Made by a program: the position numbers and the translations under genes
Shown here: piece by piece, positions 27,401-35,338 of the stretch
Position numbering within the stretch: position 1 is the first letter of the stretch
Layout: every line of letters starts with the position of its first letter
Source: a virus
Lineage: Duplodnaviria; Caudoviricetes
Direction: 5' to 3' (one strand)
Length of the DNA: 64,000 nt
Virus record (IMG/VR): IMGVR_UViG_3300031994_000053
Location: 25,879 to 89,878 of that record
The notes under the pieces: generated by a model
What the model saw: only the letters and a program-made list of their open reading frames with translations
Database searches by the model: none
Told to the model about the DNA's origin: nothing

Positions 27401-30400
27401 CAACTGCACATTGGTCCTGGTATCTGCCTGTCGGAAGCTGCGAATCTTCTTGCCCGCCGCCCACCTCTGTCGGTAGGTTGTTTCATCGAACGACCCGCTT
27501 TTCAGTGTTTGATACGCGTGCTCGACGGAAACGTAATCATGCCCCTGGAAAGAGAATGGCCGACTCGCCAAATTGCTGAACTCGGCGTTTTCGCCCGTCC
27601 CATGCCAAACGTTTATCGGGCCCTTAGGCTGACTAACAGTTTGGGTCGGTTGCTGCGCAACTTGCTGTAGGGCCTCCACCGTCAAATCAACCTCGCGCGG
27701 TATCTGGAGCAGCGTGTTGGACGAGTGGTCGCCAGAGAACAGCGGGACATAGTACGTCGTGCGCTTCTGATCACCGGCCATCGCCTCGTAGGAACGGCGG
27801 CAAGCCTCATACACTTCGTTCGGGCTGAAGCTGGCCGACAGGCACTTCGCGCAGATCGGGGTCCGCGCGGCATCCGGCCACGTGGCGTCCTGGCGGCACT
27901 CGGCTATGACCTCGTCAGTCACGCCGGGGAAGAACCGGCGGCACGTCTCGGCGAACGTCGGGAGCGTGGTCCCGTCCGCGAGCTTCAGCGCGGTGGACTC
28001 GTCGGCGTAGAGCCAGCGCGACACGAGGGGCACGAGGTCCCGGGGCGCCACGGCTATCGAGGACGCCTTGGTCCCGCGCCGCTGGTCGATCTCGGCCGCC
28101 ATGATGGTCGTGGGGAGGCTGTTCTGGAAAATGTCGAGGACGGAGAACACGGGGCTCTCCATCGCCACGCTGGACGACGCGCCGGCGACGCCCGCGGCCT
28201 GCGGGTTGCCGGTCGCGATGGCGGCCGTCATCACGGCGGATATGTCGGAACGCGACAAGTTCCCGGACATCCGGGACAGCGAGTCGAGCGCATAGGCTAT
28301 CGTGTCGATGAACTCGACCGTCTGGGCCTTTGGCTGGTACTTTGTCTTGTCGGGGCGCTCGATTTCCGCCGGCACGGGCATTCCGTCCCGTATGCGCAAC
28401 GCGGTCACGCCATTTGAATACCCGTGCGGGCGTAACGTAAGCGCCAAATTCTGCAACACCTCGGTCCGTACGCGGGCAAGCTGTGCGAACGCCATGTCGG
28501 AAGACAGCGCCGTGCAGAGCGGGGACTCGCGCCCGAACGCCTGCCCGATGATGCCGGACAGGACCCGCATGTTCTGCTTCACGGCGGCTATGAGCTGCGC
28601 GCGCGTCGCGTTGGCCGGTTGCTTGGGTGCCCAGCCGGCCGCGTCGTCGGCAGCCTTGAGCAACTGGTCCTTCAGTTCCCTTGCCTTGGCTGCGGGCCGC
28701 CCGTCGAGCTCGGCGAAGCTGTCGGCCACAAGGGACTCGGCGATGCGGCCGCCCCCGCGGGACTGTGCCTCGCGGATCACCATGCCGCCGCCCTCGTTCT
28801 CCTTGAGGGCTATCGGGGTCGCCGCGACGGAGTACGCCATGAGGCGGGCCAGGCGGAAACGCCCGTTCGGGCGCATCGAGGTCAGATAGGAAAGGAGGAA
28901 CGCGCCCTTGCGGGACACGGGCCTGCCGTCCGTACCGTTCCCGAGGAGCGACCGGATGTACCCGTTGGCCTCCTCGCCGCCGAGCTTCAGGAGGTCCTCG
29001 CGGAGCAGGGCGTCGTGCTGCGGGAGCGACGCCCCCTCACGGTTGGCCCTCGGGTTGAGGATGCGGTACAGGAACTTCCCGGCGTCGCTGGGCGCCGCGT
29101 CGGCGCGCACCGACCCGCGGGCGAGGCGGACGAACCCTTGGAGGTTCGCGCCGGTTTCCGGGGACGCCTTCGCGGCGAGCGCGAGAAACGTGCGCATGGC
29201 GTCGGACGTGTACTCGTCGACCGCGACACGGTTGTAGTCGTCGGACGAAAGGCTCTCGTCGTCCTTCACGTCCTCGGCGAAGAACCACACGCCGGACGAC
29301 GCGGCGTCGGACCAGTCCCCCCGGTTCCTCACGCGGTCGTCGTCCATGCGGGTGTACGCCGCCAGGACCTCGGCGCGGTCCGCGGCGTCCATGCCGGGGA
29401 ACATCTTTCGGAGGACGCCGGCCACGCCGGCGCGATTCACGGGTTCGCCGCTCGCCAGAAGGGCGCGGACGGCGACCGCCGCGGCCGTGTCGGCCTCGCG
29501 GGGCTCGAGGTGTCGGCCGGCGGGGCCGACCTCCAGCCCGTGCATCACGGTGAAGCCGTCGAGGTTCGCCGCGTCGGGCGCCATCGCCGGGAGCTCGCGA
29601 GTCCCGCCGAACACCACGGTGGGGTCGTCTTCGAGCACGATGTCGTCGTTCGTCGTGTCGTCGTTCGAGTCGATGGCCGTCACGCTGCGCGGACTCCAGG
29701 TGGCTCCGGCGCGGCCGCCGAGGTCACTTGCGCGGACGACCCGCGCTCCCGTCTCGGCCTGGACCTTATCAAGATTTGTCGCAGCGTCCTTCGCGGCGTC
29801 ATCGGCTGCCTGGTACTCGGCGCGTGCCCGGTTCACTTCTGCATTGAGGTCTTCAACAGATGCGCCGGACTCCGCGGCGGCTTCGGCCACGGCCTCCGTC
29901 CCCTCGACCCGTGCGGCGGCCGCGTCAAGTTTGGCCATCGCGTCAATCACATTCCTGCGGGCTTCGTTCCGTCTCTCCTCCGCGTCGACTTTTGCGTTTG
30001 CCGCCTCGGCCACGCGTTCCGCCGGTGTCTGGTCCACATTGTACAGCGCGCGCTTGATCTCGCCGAGCATCCCGCGGGCCGCCGTCTTCTGGGCCTCGGT
30101 GACGGTCGGGTCGGTCACCGCGTCCTCCATCAGCTTGGCCATGACCTTGGTGAACGCGCGCGGGACACTGCCCTCGCGGGTCATTTCGGCAGTCCTCTTG
30201 AGCACGCCGACGAGCCTGGACATGAAGTTGAGGTGGGCTTCCGCGGCCTCCGCGGCCGTGGCCTTCGGGGTCTCGGCCTCCTTCGCCGCCTCCTTCAGCT
30301 CCTCGGTCTCCTTCGGGGACGCGGCCTCCCGCGACGCACCCTCGGACTTCAGCATCGATGTCATGCCCTGGAGCATCCGGTCGAGGAACTGGGAGTACGT

Positions 30401-33400
30401 CATCCCGGCGGGGAGCGACGCCTCCAGCGACTTCCTCATCGCCTCGGCGTCCCCGTCAGCCCACGCCATCAGGGCCGCGACGCCGCGGGGTTCGGCCGGG
30501 GCGGACTTGTCCCGGTTCGCCGCGCGGACGGCCTCGGAGAGGAACCCGTCGCCGCCAAGCACGAGGTCCGCCGTGTTCATGAAGAACGCGTAGGACGGCA
30601 GCCTGCGGGCGCGCTCGGCAAGGACCGCGGCGGCGCGGAGGAACGGGTTCTCCTTGTACTTCTCGGCGCGATTCAGCACGAACGCCGATACGATGCGCGC
30701 GAACCCCTCGCCGGTGAGTCCGGCTGTGTGGCGGGCCTCGTACCGGCCGTCCTCGGTCTCCACCACGACGTCGGAGCCGCGGAGGTAACTGTCGCGGAAG
30801 TTCCTGATCTGTTCGGCCAGCGGCACGTCCTTCGCCTTGTAGGCGTCCTCGATGGCCTGGTCGGCCACGGCGGAGAGCTGCCGGATGTAGTCCGCCGTGT
30901 TCTCGCCTGTCGCGCCGGTGGACAGCAAATGCCCGCGGTTGAGGAACGCCCGGAGCATGACACCGTTCAGCACGGCATCCATCATGTCGGCGTTGACCGT
31001 CGGGTCAACCTGGATGAAGACATCGGACGAGACATTGGCGACGCGGCCCGCGGACATCTTGAACGTGTACCTCGGGTGCGTGTACGCGGCAGCTTCGCCC
31101 GTGACGGCGGACGATCCGTCTTTCTCGACGCCGTGCCGCGTGAGGATGCGCTCGCCGACCGTCATGTAGCCAGTCTCGCCCCAGACGCGCTCCCACGCCT
31201 TGCGCTCGTCCGTGCCGGCGTCCGCGGTCTCCCCGCGCGCCGCCGCGGCGAGCTCCCTCGCCAGGACATCGCGCGCCGCGTCCTCCTCCAGCAACTCGCC
31301 CGATTCCTTCTGGCGGAGCATCGGATGGAGGCTGTCGTTCTGCGCGGAGACGCCGCCGAGCGCCCTGTAGTACTCGCCGGAGTAGCCCAGCTCACGGAGC
31401 GCGTGGAACATGTCGCCGAACTCGATGACCTTCGCCTGGGTGATGACATACCTTCCGCGCTCGCGGGCCCAGCCGTGCTCCACCAGGGACGCGACGGCCT
31501 CGTCACGGGTGCCGAAGGTTTCGGACGCCTGCCCGTCGATGCCGACGACCCACTTGCCGCCAGTCTCGCGGAGACGCGCGCGCTCGGTGCCGTTGGGCGA
31601 GAGCCTTGCGGCCATCCCGCGAAGGTCCTCCACGGGCTTCGAGTAGTATTCGGTGCCGCGGTCCCTGTCGGCCGTCAGCAACTTGGCCATCCTGAAGATC
31701 TCGTCATTGCGTGCGGCAAGGCCCTTTTCGGTGCCGTCGAACCCGCGGCGCATCGACTGCGCGACGGACTCGAACACAATGCCGTCGACATCCGACACGT
31801 TCGCCTTGCCCCCGATGTACTCGATCGCGTCGGCCGTGGCCGTGCTGACCGCACCCCCGCGAAGAATCTCGGCCAGGGGCACGTCGCCCTCGTCGGTGCG
31901 TATGCGGTGGAGCAGGCCGTCTTCGCCGACGATCCTCGCGGCGGCGTCGTACACGGCTATGGCCGCGAGGTCCGACCTCGAGTTCACCGCGTTGTCGACC
32001 GCCTGGACGACCTTGCCGTCCACGTTGGCGCTATAGCTAAGGCCCCGGACGACAAGGTCCGTAGTCGCCCGCAGAATGTCGCGGTACGCGGCTTCCACCT
32101 CGTCCCGGTGCGCTTCCGCGAACTCCTCCGCGGGAATGACGCTGGTTTCGTCAACGGCCGTCTTGTCCTCCGTCAGGCGGTAGAGCACGGGCTTGCCGTC
32201 GCGTATGGCGGACAGGTACGGGCGCGGGTCCGCCGGGTCCTCGTGGTGCGCGGCTGCGTACTCAAGGGCCTGGGACCGGAACAGCCCCTGGGAAAACGAG
32301 CGGAGCTGGCTGACGGTGGTGTCCGCGCGCATGATGTCGCGGGCCCTCTGGGCGAACCGGCGCTGTGCCTCGTCCAGGACTTGTGCCTGGGTTGGCTTCC
32401 CGCCTTCGGCCTTCACGGCCATCTCGCGGCGCGTCCGGAGGTACTCCTCGCGGAACCCGCTCTTGAGCGCCTTGACGGTGTTTTCCTCCAGCCCCATGTC
32501 GCGGGCCGTCCACTGGGACGGGTTGACGGCGGCCATGCCGAAGTCGCCCGTGGCGAGCGCGGCGGCGAACCCGACGATCTTGTGCGCGGCGCGACGGTAC
32601 CACGCGGGCTCCTCGCCCTCGAGGTGCATCTCGGACGTATAGAGGTCGCGGGCCAGCTCCGGCGCGTAGTCCGCAAGATTGTCGCGGGCGGAAAGCCCCG
32701 CCTCGGCGTCGCGCGCCGAATAGGTCGGGGTCAGCTTGTTCATGAGGTCGTCCGCCAGGAAGCGGCTCGGGATGAGTGGGACGGCGAGCAGCTCGCCGTT
32801 CGCCTTCGCGACTTCATCGACCGTGGCGGAGAAGCTGTTGTGGCGGGCCTCGCGGCGCTCCACGACCTTTGTCGTCTCGGCGATCTGCTCCTCCAGGTCC
32901 TTCGCCTTGGACTCGTCGCCGGCGGCACGGGCCGCGTCGCGAAGCGTCCCGAGCCGCTCGATCTCGGCGCGGTCCTTCTCCTGTAGCATCTCGTGAACGC
33001 CGACATAGTCGCTCCACGTCATCTGCGCGGGGTTCGTGACGCGGTTCACCTCGGCAATGGCGTCGAGCCGCGCCCGCATCTTCGTCAGTTTACCCTCGCC
33101 GCCTATGGCGGACTGGGCGCGGAGAGCCAGGGTCCTGGTCACGCCGGGGATCGCGAAGCCAACGGCCTCCGCGACCAGCTGGTCCCAACCGGGAAGCGCG
33201 CCGGCCTTCGCGCTGGCCAGGCCGGCCTTGAGGTTGCGCCAGAACTTCTCCGGCTCGGACCGCCACTTCGGTCCGTCGGGGTTGGCGTCGAGGCCGAGCA
33301 GCCCGTTAACCACGTCGGCGTAGCGCTCCTCGAACATCTCGCCGAGAACGCCGTCGTAGCCGCCGGTCCGCCACAGGTTGAGCACGGATTCGGCGCCAAG

Positions 33401-35287
33401 GTTGTGGCGCGCCATGAAGTCGCCCAGCACGTACCGCATGTACGCGCGGTTCAGCTTGCCCTGGAACTGGCGGTCGTACATCTCGTCCAGGGCCTTGGCC
33501 GCGAACTTGCGGAAGTCATTGCCGATCGCGGCCTTCATCGCGTCGGGAAGCGAGGCGGCCGAGCCGCTCTCCACGGCGTTCCGTATAAGCGCCTTTCCGG
33601 CCACGTCCGTGACGCCAAGCTTCGCCGCGACGGCCTCGGCCTGCCTGCCGGCGGCCGCCCGCATGAACTCCTGGCGCGTGCCACCGGAGGACAGGATCAT
33701 CTCGCGGAGACGCGCGCCGATGGCGTAGCCCTTCCCGTCGTCCGCGAGGCCCGCGGCCACGTCGACGAGACGGGACGGGGTGACAAGACCCTTCACGCCG
33801 GCGCGCTCGAGACCCAGGCCGGCCGCGTGGAAAACGGAATTCAGGCCGCGGCCGGTGTTCTCGGAAATGTACTCCATGAGGCCGAGGCCCATCGACATCG
33901 ATTCGGCGCAGTCCATCAGACCCCAGTTCCCGGTGCGAAGGGCCGCGGCCTCGAAGGAAAGCCGGTTCTCGGTGACGACCCTGCCGTCCGCGCCCCAGAG
34001 CGCGCCGACGGCCGGGCGGGCGACGAACTGGTTAGGCGCCCACATCATCGCGCCGCGGACCGGGGCCTCGACGAACCAGGCCCCCGCGGCGTCCGCGAGG
34101 GACTTGCCGATGGAATCGCGAGACGTGTAGAGAATCGTGCTCTCCTCGGTGCCGTACGTGCCAAAGTCGAGGAGCCCGCGGGAAAGGTTGTGCGTGGCCC
34201 ACTGCCCGAAGGACTTCAGGCCGCGGGCGACGGCGCCGCCGGACGTGCGCGACGCATACCGTGCCAACTCGATGCCGGCTCGCTTTTTCGCGAGCTCGCG
34301 GATGGCCTCGGAGGACAACCCCTTGTATGCGGTCTTCTCCATCTGGGCCTTGAGCATGAAGTTCGCGATGTCGTCCGCGACGCCGCTCTCGATGGCGGCC
34401 TTCGCGGCGTCGTCCGAAAGGTTGGCCAGCGTGCGGGCACCGGCTTTCGCCAGGGCCTCGCCAGCGGCCTTCTCCGTGAACTCGCGGGCGAGGATTTTCG
34501 TGGCGCGGTTCATCGCGAGGGCCGTGCTCTCGGGGAGCGCGCGGGACGCGGCGCCGCGGACGGCGCCGCCAATGAAGCTCGTAGCGGCGAACTCGGCCAT
34601 GAAGCCCGGCGCGTGACGGGCGATGTCGCCCACCGTGCCCATGAGCGTCGTGTTGTTGGAACGGTAGTCCTGCTCCGCCATGTAGAGGCGGGCGCGGATC
34701 AGCTCCTCGTCGGAGACATCCTCCTTGTTCCGCAGCTTACGGAATGTGTCGGAGACCATCTGCGCGTCGCGGAAGGAGTTGCGGACGCTGGCGATCATGC
34801 CGACGAACGGAAGGTCGGAAACGGAGACTTCGGAAAGAGCCGTGAGAAAGCCACGCTTCACGCCGTCACGGGTCTTGCCCGCTATTTCGAGAAGCCTACG
34901 ACCGTCTTCCGATCTCATCAGTTTGTCTCGGGAGACCGCACGGCCAAACACGTTGAGCGATACAATATCGTTAGATGTGAGGGGCAGACCGGCACGCTCG
35001 CCATAGGCGACGGTTCGGCTTCCGTCAAAATCCGGGTCAAGCGTATACCAATCGCCAGCCATCCCGTCGAACGGTACCGCATTCGGGTCAGGCGGGTCAG
35101 CATAGCTGATGCTCAAAGGAGCCACACGGGCGGCCTGCTGCGTGGCCAGCGTCTGCTCAAGAAGCGATTCCCGCCGGGCCGAAAGATATTCTGCGAGGGA
35201 ACCGGGCTCGGCCCCGGAGCCAAACAACGGCTCGCGGGCCACGGCAAAGTCAGACTGCGATAAATCGGAAAAGGAAAAAAGGGCCAT
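15440..35287 (-). CDS. Giant (6615 aa) multidomain virion/ejection protein: putative two-barrel RNA polymerase, NADAR and zincin domains
   Basis: One uninterrupted 19.8-kb ORF with its own promoter and GGAGG. YDG (D2762), LKVH..GK, SYKIG, PRTP (R3324), GCDHDGD (D3379); NADAR SVEHAYQTLK; HEYFH (H4485). Confidence 0.85.
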   Translation of the reverse strand: MALFSFSDLSQSDFAVAREPLFGSGAEPGSLAEYLSARRESLLEQTLATQQAARVAPLSISYADPPDPNAVPFDGMAGDWYTLDPDFDGSRTVAYGERAGLPLTSNDIVSLNVFGRAVSRDKLMRSEDGRRLLEIAGKTRDGVKRGFLTALSEVSVSDLPFVGMIASVRNSFRDAQMVSDTFRKLRNKEDVSDEELIRARLYMAEQDYRSNNTTLMGTVGDIARHAPGFMAEFAATSFIGGAVRGAASRALPESTALAMNRATKILAREFTEKAAGEALAKAGARTLANLSDDAAKAAIESGVADDIANFMLKAQMEKTAYKGLSSEAIRELAKKRAGIELARYASRTSGGAVARGLKSFGQWATHNLSRGLLDFGTYGTEESTILYTSRDSIGKSLADAAGAWFVEAPVRGAMMWAPNQFVARPAVGALWGADGRVVTENRLSFEAAALRTGNWGLMDCAESMSMGLGLMEYISENTGRGLNSVFHAAGLGLERAGVKGLVTPSRLVDVAAGLADDGKGYAIGARLREMILSSGGTRQEFMRAAAGRQAEAVAAKLGVTDVAGKALIRNAVESGSAASLPDAMKAAIGNDFRKFAAKALDEMYDRQFQGKLNRAYMRYVLGDFMARHNLGAESVLNLWRTGGYDGVLGEMFEERYADVVNGLLGLDANPDGPKWRSEPEKFWRNLKAGLASAKAGALPGWDQLVAEAVGFAIPGVTRTLALRAQSAIGGEGKLTKMRARLDAIAEVNRVTNPAQMTWSDYVGVHEMLQEKDRAEIERLGTLRDAARAAGDESKAKDLEEQIAETTKVVERREARHNSFSATVDEVAKANGELLAVPLIPSRFLADDLMNKLTPTYSARDAEAGLSARDNLADYAPELARDLYTSEMHLEGEEPAWYRRAAHKIVGFAAALATGDFGMAAVNPSQWTARDMGLEENTVKALKSGFREEYLRTRREMAVKAEGGKPTQAQVLDEAQRRFAQRARDIMRADTTVSQLRSFSQGLFRSQALEYAAAHHEDPADPRPYLSAIRDGKPVLYRLTEDKTAVDETSVIPAEEFAEAHRDEVEAAYRDILRATTDLVVRGLSYSANVDGKVVQAVDNAVNSRSDLAAIAVYDAAARIVGEDGLLHRIRTDEGDVPLAEILRGGAVSTATADAIEYIGGKANVSDVDGIVFESVAQSMRRGFDGTEKGLAARNDEIFRMAKLLTADRDRGTEYYSKPVEDLRGMAARLSPNGTERARLRETGGKWVVGIDGQASETFGTRDEAVASLVEHGWARERGRYVITQAKVIEFGDMFHALRELGYSGEYYRALGGVSAQNDSLHPMLRQKESGELLEEDAARDVLARELAAAARGETADAGTDERKAWERVWGETGYMTVGERILTRHGVEKDGSSAVTGEAAAYTHPRYTFKMSAGRVANVSSDVFIQVDPTVNADMMDAVLNGVMLRAFLNRGHLLSTGATGENTADYIRQLSAVADQAIEDAYKAKDVPLAEQIRNFRDSYLRGSDVVVETEDGRYEARHTAGLTGEGFARIVSAFVLNRAEKYKENPFLRAAAVLAERARRLPSYAFFMNTADLVLGGDGFLSEAVRAANRDKSAPAEPRGVAALMAWADGDAEAMRKSLEASLPAGMTYSQFLDRMLQGMTSMLKSEGASREAASPKETEELKEAAKEAETPKATAAEAAEAHLNFMSRLVGVLKRTAEMTREGSVPRAFTKVMAKLMEDAVTDPTVTEAQKTAARGMLGEIKRALYNVDQTPAERVAEAANAKVDAEERRNEARRNVIDAMAKLDAAAARVEGTEAVAEAAAESGASVEDLNAEVNRARAEYQAADDAAKDAATNLDKVQAETGARVVRASDLGGRAGATWSPRSVTAIDSNDDTTNDDIVLEDDPTVVFGGTRELPAMAPDAANLDGFTVMHGLEVGPAGRHLEPREADTAAAVAVRALLASGEPVNRAGVAGVLRKMFPGMDAADRAEVLAAYTRMDDDRVRNRGDWSDAASSGVWFFAEDVKDDESLSSDDYNRVAVDEYTSDAMRTFLALAAKASPETGANLQGFVRLARGSVRADAAPSDAGKFLYRILNPRANREGASLPQHDALLREDLLKLGGEEANGYIRSLLGNGTDGRPVSRKGAFLLSYLTSMRPNGRFRLARLMAYSVAATPIALKENEGGGMVIREAQSRGGGRIAESLVADSFAELDGRPAAKARELKDQLLKAADDAAGWAPKQPANATRAQLIAAVKQNMRVLSGIIGQAFGRESPLCTALSSDMAFAQLARVRTEVLQNLALTLRPHGYSNGVTALRIRDGMPVPAEIERPDKTKYQPKAQTVEFIDTIAYALDSLSRMSGNLSRSDISAVMTAAIATGNPQAAGVAGASSSVAMESPVFSVLDIFQNSLPTTIMAAEIDQRRGTKASSIAVAPRDLVPLVSRWLYADESTALKLADGTTLPTFAETCRRFFPGVTDEVIAECRQDATWPDAARTPICAKCLSASFSPNEVYEACRRSYEAMAGDQKRTTYYVPLFSGDHSSNTLLQIPREVDLTVEALQQVAQQPTQTVSQPKGPINVWHGTGENAEFSNLASRPFSFQGHDYVSVEHAYQTLKSGSFDETTYRQRWAAGKKIRSFRQADTRTNVQLMRDLVFESFRQNPEAKRALLDTGSATFTHTQDRGIWATEFPKALSEARQRLRQETPAATQPSDKKHVPSYEEASKAVYRAIGMALMGVDAKRSAISSLEATGVGMVGTRVGQDGNRTWGENRIHVGENFRFYDGDFSFGGENGYAKKPNEALLGSTFMRGYAARALKETAQDPSSSLLKVHLISTQGRDLFFGKSLSVATSSGSGEFAPGSADRAIDDYLAKYRGADDLSTDVFTDRDSYKIGPLSSKSITVTVKAIVGGQERKYGGTLMKVIYDLAFDKAVDGKFSKGDLKDGERKQVLFDELDKALRTAFGGGVSGDQLDAMFGDIAVKDDVRGESTMKLSELLPGAELRYLPGLSGPALDFSYREDGAMAYPVANVSHNSRLPNVPGRSPRNYEVDMATMATALARFGALDNAPGLAQKALGLIADWGVFANAVYSNPEYVRSVTRRARHFNELREAGESAGGQFAREELARQVWAEIRQASNLPLGGVDMALVSSGAALDDNGKLFTMSASQMQRDVMRGSCLYSKSERGFYGADRNFALCNVNYSQRNFRYAWFLDEGKFRTAFDSEISGALLDYTKDHEGVLTSGQLVALGIARVFENLRGTKDRGERSALRRRIAECFKDHHGRYISDIPGAADNFGFDDLFRDDPKGTGAQVFDLTAVMCESRDQIFNDATGQKHIVLGGTMFGLPRTPSYNGSMWLQVVRAGLPATEIEEKDTKGKTLGWRVGADAMVQPDPFTNQLLGCDHDGDKTKAYLLYQSWTGQLPEAEIPQYQGDPDKIENNPDGVRALLTEAATFRADKKTRKFLEAWRYDPESDTEKPVDEATEAGEDVYYKISEDARRRVSNTFVKALFEMARHMPVHAAVDQEGNKLQLVDRFSSENSGVPRETFLAPDGLVSAPTKAFPVSGAAAEELRHDMLPPTLSNEDKRDLGDPKVAAEVSTSAKDAGDARGIAVALARNLHLAWLASDAFPRMFRNNAGLSENWWKFAYHLDGISNATFDDVKEQLCGRLGWTREMLESVYANLLNYVAAGDSGLPVTDQAFADVLGAYIKDIKNGGRFLWALAATRRGAANGPKFADMAKAVAGDSADPNNITKAWLEKALDLTWESGSLQLGSATPAWFRTVMNSGLKRAERRKLITELAKDGGHNPVFGYVAWLASGHESSAPAFARWFGMKCELDDARSFGQAINYLTADPGSPNATALGDSVREAFTSEDGKATFDVAKAVEIPGLGPLAGTLSRMHAATRMAYSLGEGLQTVMAGAMTAYRDGTDPKEPLVSESDRLKSWDAMHIESNAEQLPYVHGLLSSLAAFPVAGSVFKDGRQMYAAMREMAGEVSRRAVAADEAAKLRRAAVNKRVSAESAQGEEKQAYLQSAAIYEKRADKISTKDVAPAPTVLAFRRGVEAMFGMMYRSIVTSEEFNSAAGNKAFAYISARRDTGYGEQTYYIFGEDSDGKPHKYFPYGRMGDGLLRIGPTYRENDTAANERVRAMFDDVIAGRAYAGERRVSVGFEGDGMEAANATTKSYARAKGYTLTADNVDALVKEAGNASAELKAMAEDAKAALGALKENYGIDAVTPAMLVGQILPFYSLVTSRVTGTPSGASPSLFGILPDRYYRMLSASEAALGPESRAILVANDMAPEARTPAGKPRGRVQAPFRHSLELFSGDRFERMVNAVDAYNVGHVPNAAPEPPARPTLLSKGAYDERAANAARAMGRLLSSWANVEYLGGTAFTIRGKLRGNAGLGRRVSIVVETAGKGLRAETEEDVERLANSRAFAASYCAAVNLGTKERPFTADDFARLPLEIRKELARKATIGGVTSHKVEWSFSGKGAQTLVGAIQLPAGAKGTELYHEYFHSMMRMFEAIGLFGEADYEALRKQFGTDPSRAHGFNEEAAAEAFRKWVEGDAGVAGAETRGVFQRILDFLKGFWDSLKNGFNYGDEGFATDNTVFNMVVHGIAETSRARNEEAIASAVAAGTEAAEAAAARARENPDDEAAIAEAAGMYDSVARLEEGDETAIASVLSNAFAPAVSETVRTPEELEAAAAANVEAPVLGNTIADFGRSKRWHKFALANPEAAEKVRAADLRVMRRLTGEERVPDAEFRRLLAESAETRRSVADDRNAAPVSDTEDFFEATPADPAGTPSANASAAAGNVRRGTLPLSVSNDFYATARWIRESMEHGLKTDGSWSRGLEYVTRKYALPDPREVARDRVIVMNGLRRALATVNPEALGKLNDKDIRDSIAFQAALRMYHSLEASFITRTNVDAATGEAKPANSRHDKITGDFRRDPKARHASMYQVSAWVTSSDPVAPSKVAARAAASAGTRLKRAMENGAGGELAAELLFQKQQMDALAAMVKDPGSLARYVETDGAETIDRVMHALWTGVRAGKPDARGRMPDFVPVNEVDERGDVSTARLLDDDDAPVIARRRALVSDPEFQRGLKACVSAAYQVAAMAKFYRETGTEPATPEDLEFQKAARERHGVPAGLTAAEWLAAQAAGDSNLAGDAGLVDYSDQSSFIAENVSAWSRSLIRKSFGAKGNIGEMLSAEMHEYDAIKGEIARLENFHAFLFGDNVEAGGRILKLLEHDATHALEDGQVVWAAGGKYLKFDNYRRQLADIVLTESDLRIIDIFKKMCAARASRQDRVVTGVADIRFHGGMNRDPAFYSREAIARRLANSEQLDALSFALRRMDDQIPPEILEPYRRRFVASAIAAMAEADGDKLVRASGPTSARYNALVISALRERGLVEGMCRDNYRYDVDGLPRFTSAAATIPCDEINDAFLGSEAYRKLTSDKGGRKPEMLDRDAIIKDMMAVYSKAVRFAKAHPWLTHGDGAYFSNFGTALPFWRGSGVFMYNAQRALRDRAADRQGAASRDYERMKAVVDSEFADVPVRDLQADKVINGLDMLSNLYGIGVSGQPLIDLIAAGGFEPGSARSRRTGLELPADATYAGLAEAIYSKSLQNAWAAKFGTKEEAGIDYRAAMDVVDAYRDAALTRGELFGGAVGLNDLDMFRRTGTLPANYQIGHKVHVAIDGLANAMMSRATLANMLMTPAYDGAPVYYADPSDIAADVSGLPDAFWQNVARWWCEYNGDAYDEKLSGVQNAKREFAALRAKMTANKGVLGTNPETACRYREHKDANASIASVERWLVREAEEAAPHGRIADFAIDKLGLGEALGYLQQFLGASRAMGTGGPAARSLLHRALGWSKAMSVSFSFFFPLATRFESPTAAVGALATLGGNYKPIADYMREHPKAFDFLRKLPGGPAWITKNFLGFSDIVDMMDSNDPFLAELYAWANALGVRTSTSLVSPLEDAQAMTQGDLDHLKRIIRDTYGAEIAAKFGRMARDVALRQSDKAFNYALNATKLAVTAQLATKLRYLAERQGKAFDPIRDLKKYADYINAEVGGLDPLKYSWAHPANRRLLNVLMFSWQWTRGAWEAGGGKVLEDLAFGTNTASRQERAHYIGRWARMLGLVMLGFPQVLQILSTALAKVLDAAAGGMDGDDDDRLSDEEFYAAFHRERTAAEKVRFARATAGMGGPEFLAKYGRGRDRFEMAAYADRHSWHNRDVWFTWQNEDRARWKSADITPLLRAIARFDDTRLGGALRSFKRGGRFGAGVAGAAAGAVAGYAGGGNWLTGLVGAGLGATAGRVSPDFIPLYMGDDPANGSYNRRVYVHAGKQGWEEVRWFEDPIGQFLSKLSMPAQRVTEGILGFNPGYMAQALPWSEMGWAERWLSPTVDGATWNLMQAWMPFSFSGMTRNRDAGFVSMALPVQRGASKTALGKELTKQLDLWARNDRRGYATGDGRGRYAKVNDVLLEARRNGYDPAALMKSTSQELLAKYYGELFRALMKYDPSAPFDSASLNRPARAALRLGGAFDRAVASMRSRVKSSGARVGDAEGRAMYLMLGQAYANPNMAIEYGPEVREAANGGAALGNFLATDKIPDTIFGIKVVQTPEEYTEADLEFFREHPRAAGFYELEGEGR

Positions 35288-35309
35288 CTAGCCAAAGCCT
35301 CCATAAGAT

Positions 35310-35338
35310 AGAATACCACACGGAGGCCCGGTTGTCAA
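35310..35338 (-). promoter_or_regulatory. Sigma70-type promoter with extended -10 for the giant gene
   Basis: Minus strand: TTGACA, 17 bp, TGG-TATTCT; GGAGG at 35302-35298; ATG 35287. Confidence 0.85.

Noticed and set aside
15440-35287. Tape measure protein, or an intein inside the giant ORF
   Set aside because: No periodic Trp/Phe TMP repeats and no tail-tube or chaperone genes. The NADAR insert lacks Hint blocks and HN/C-S-T junctions.
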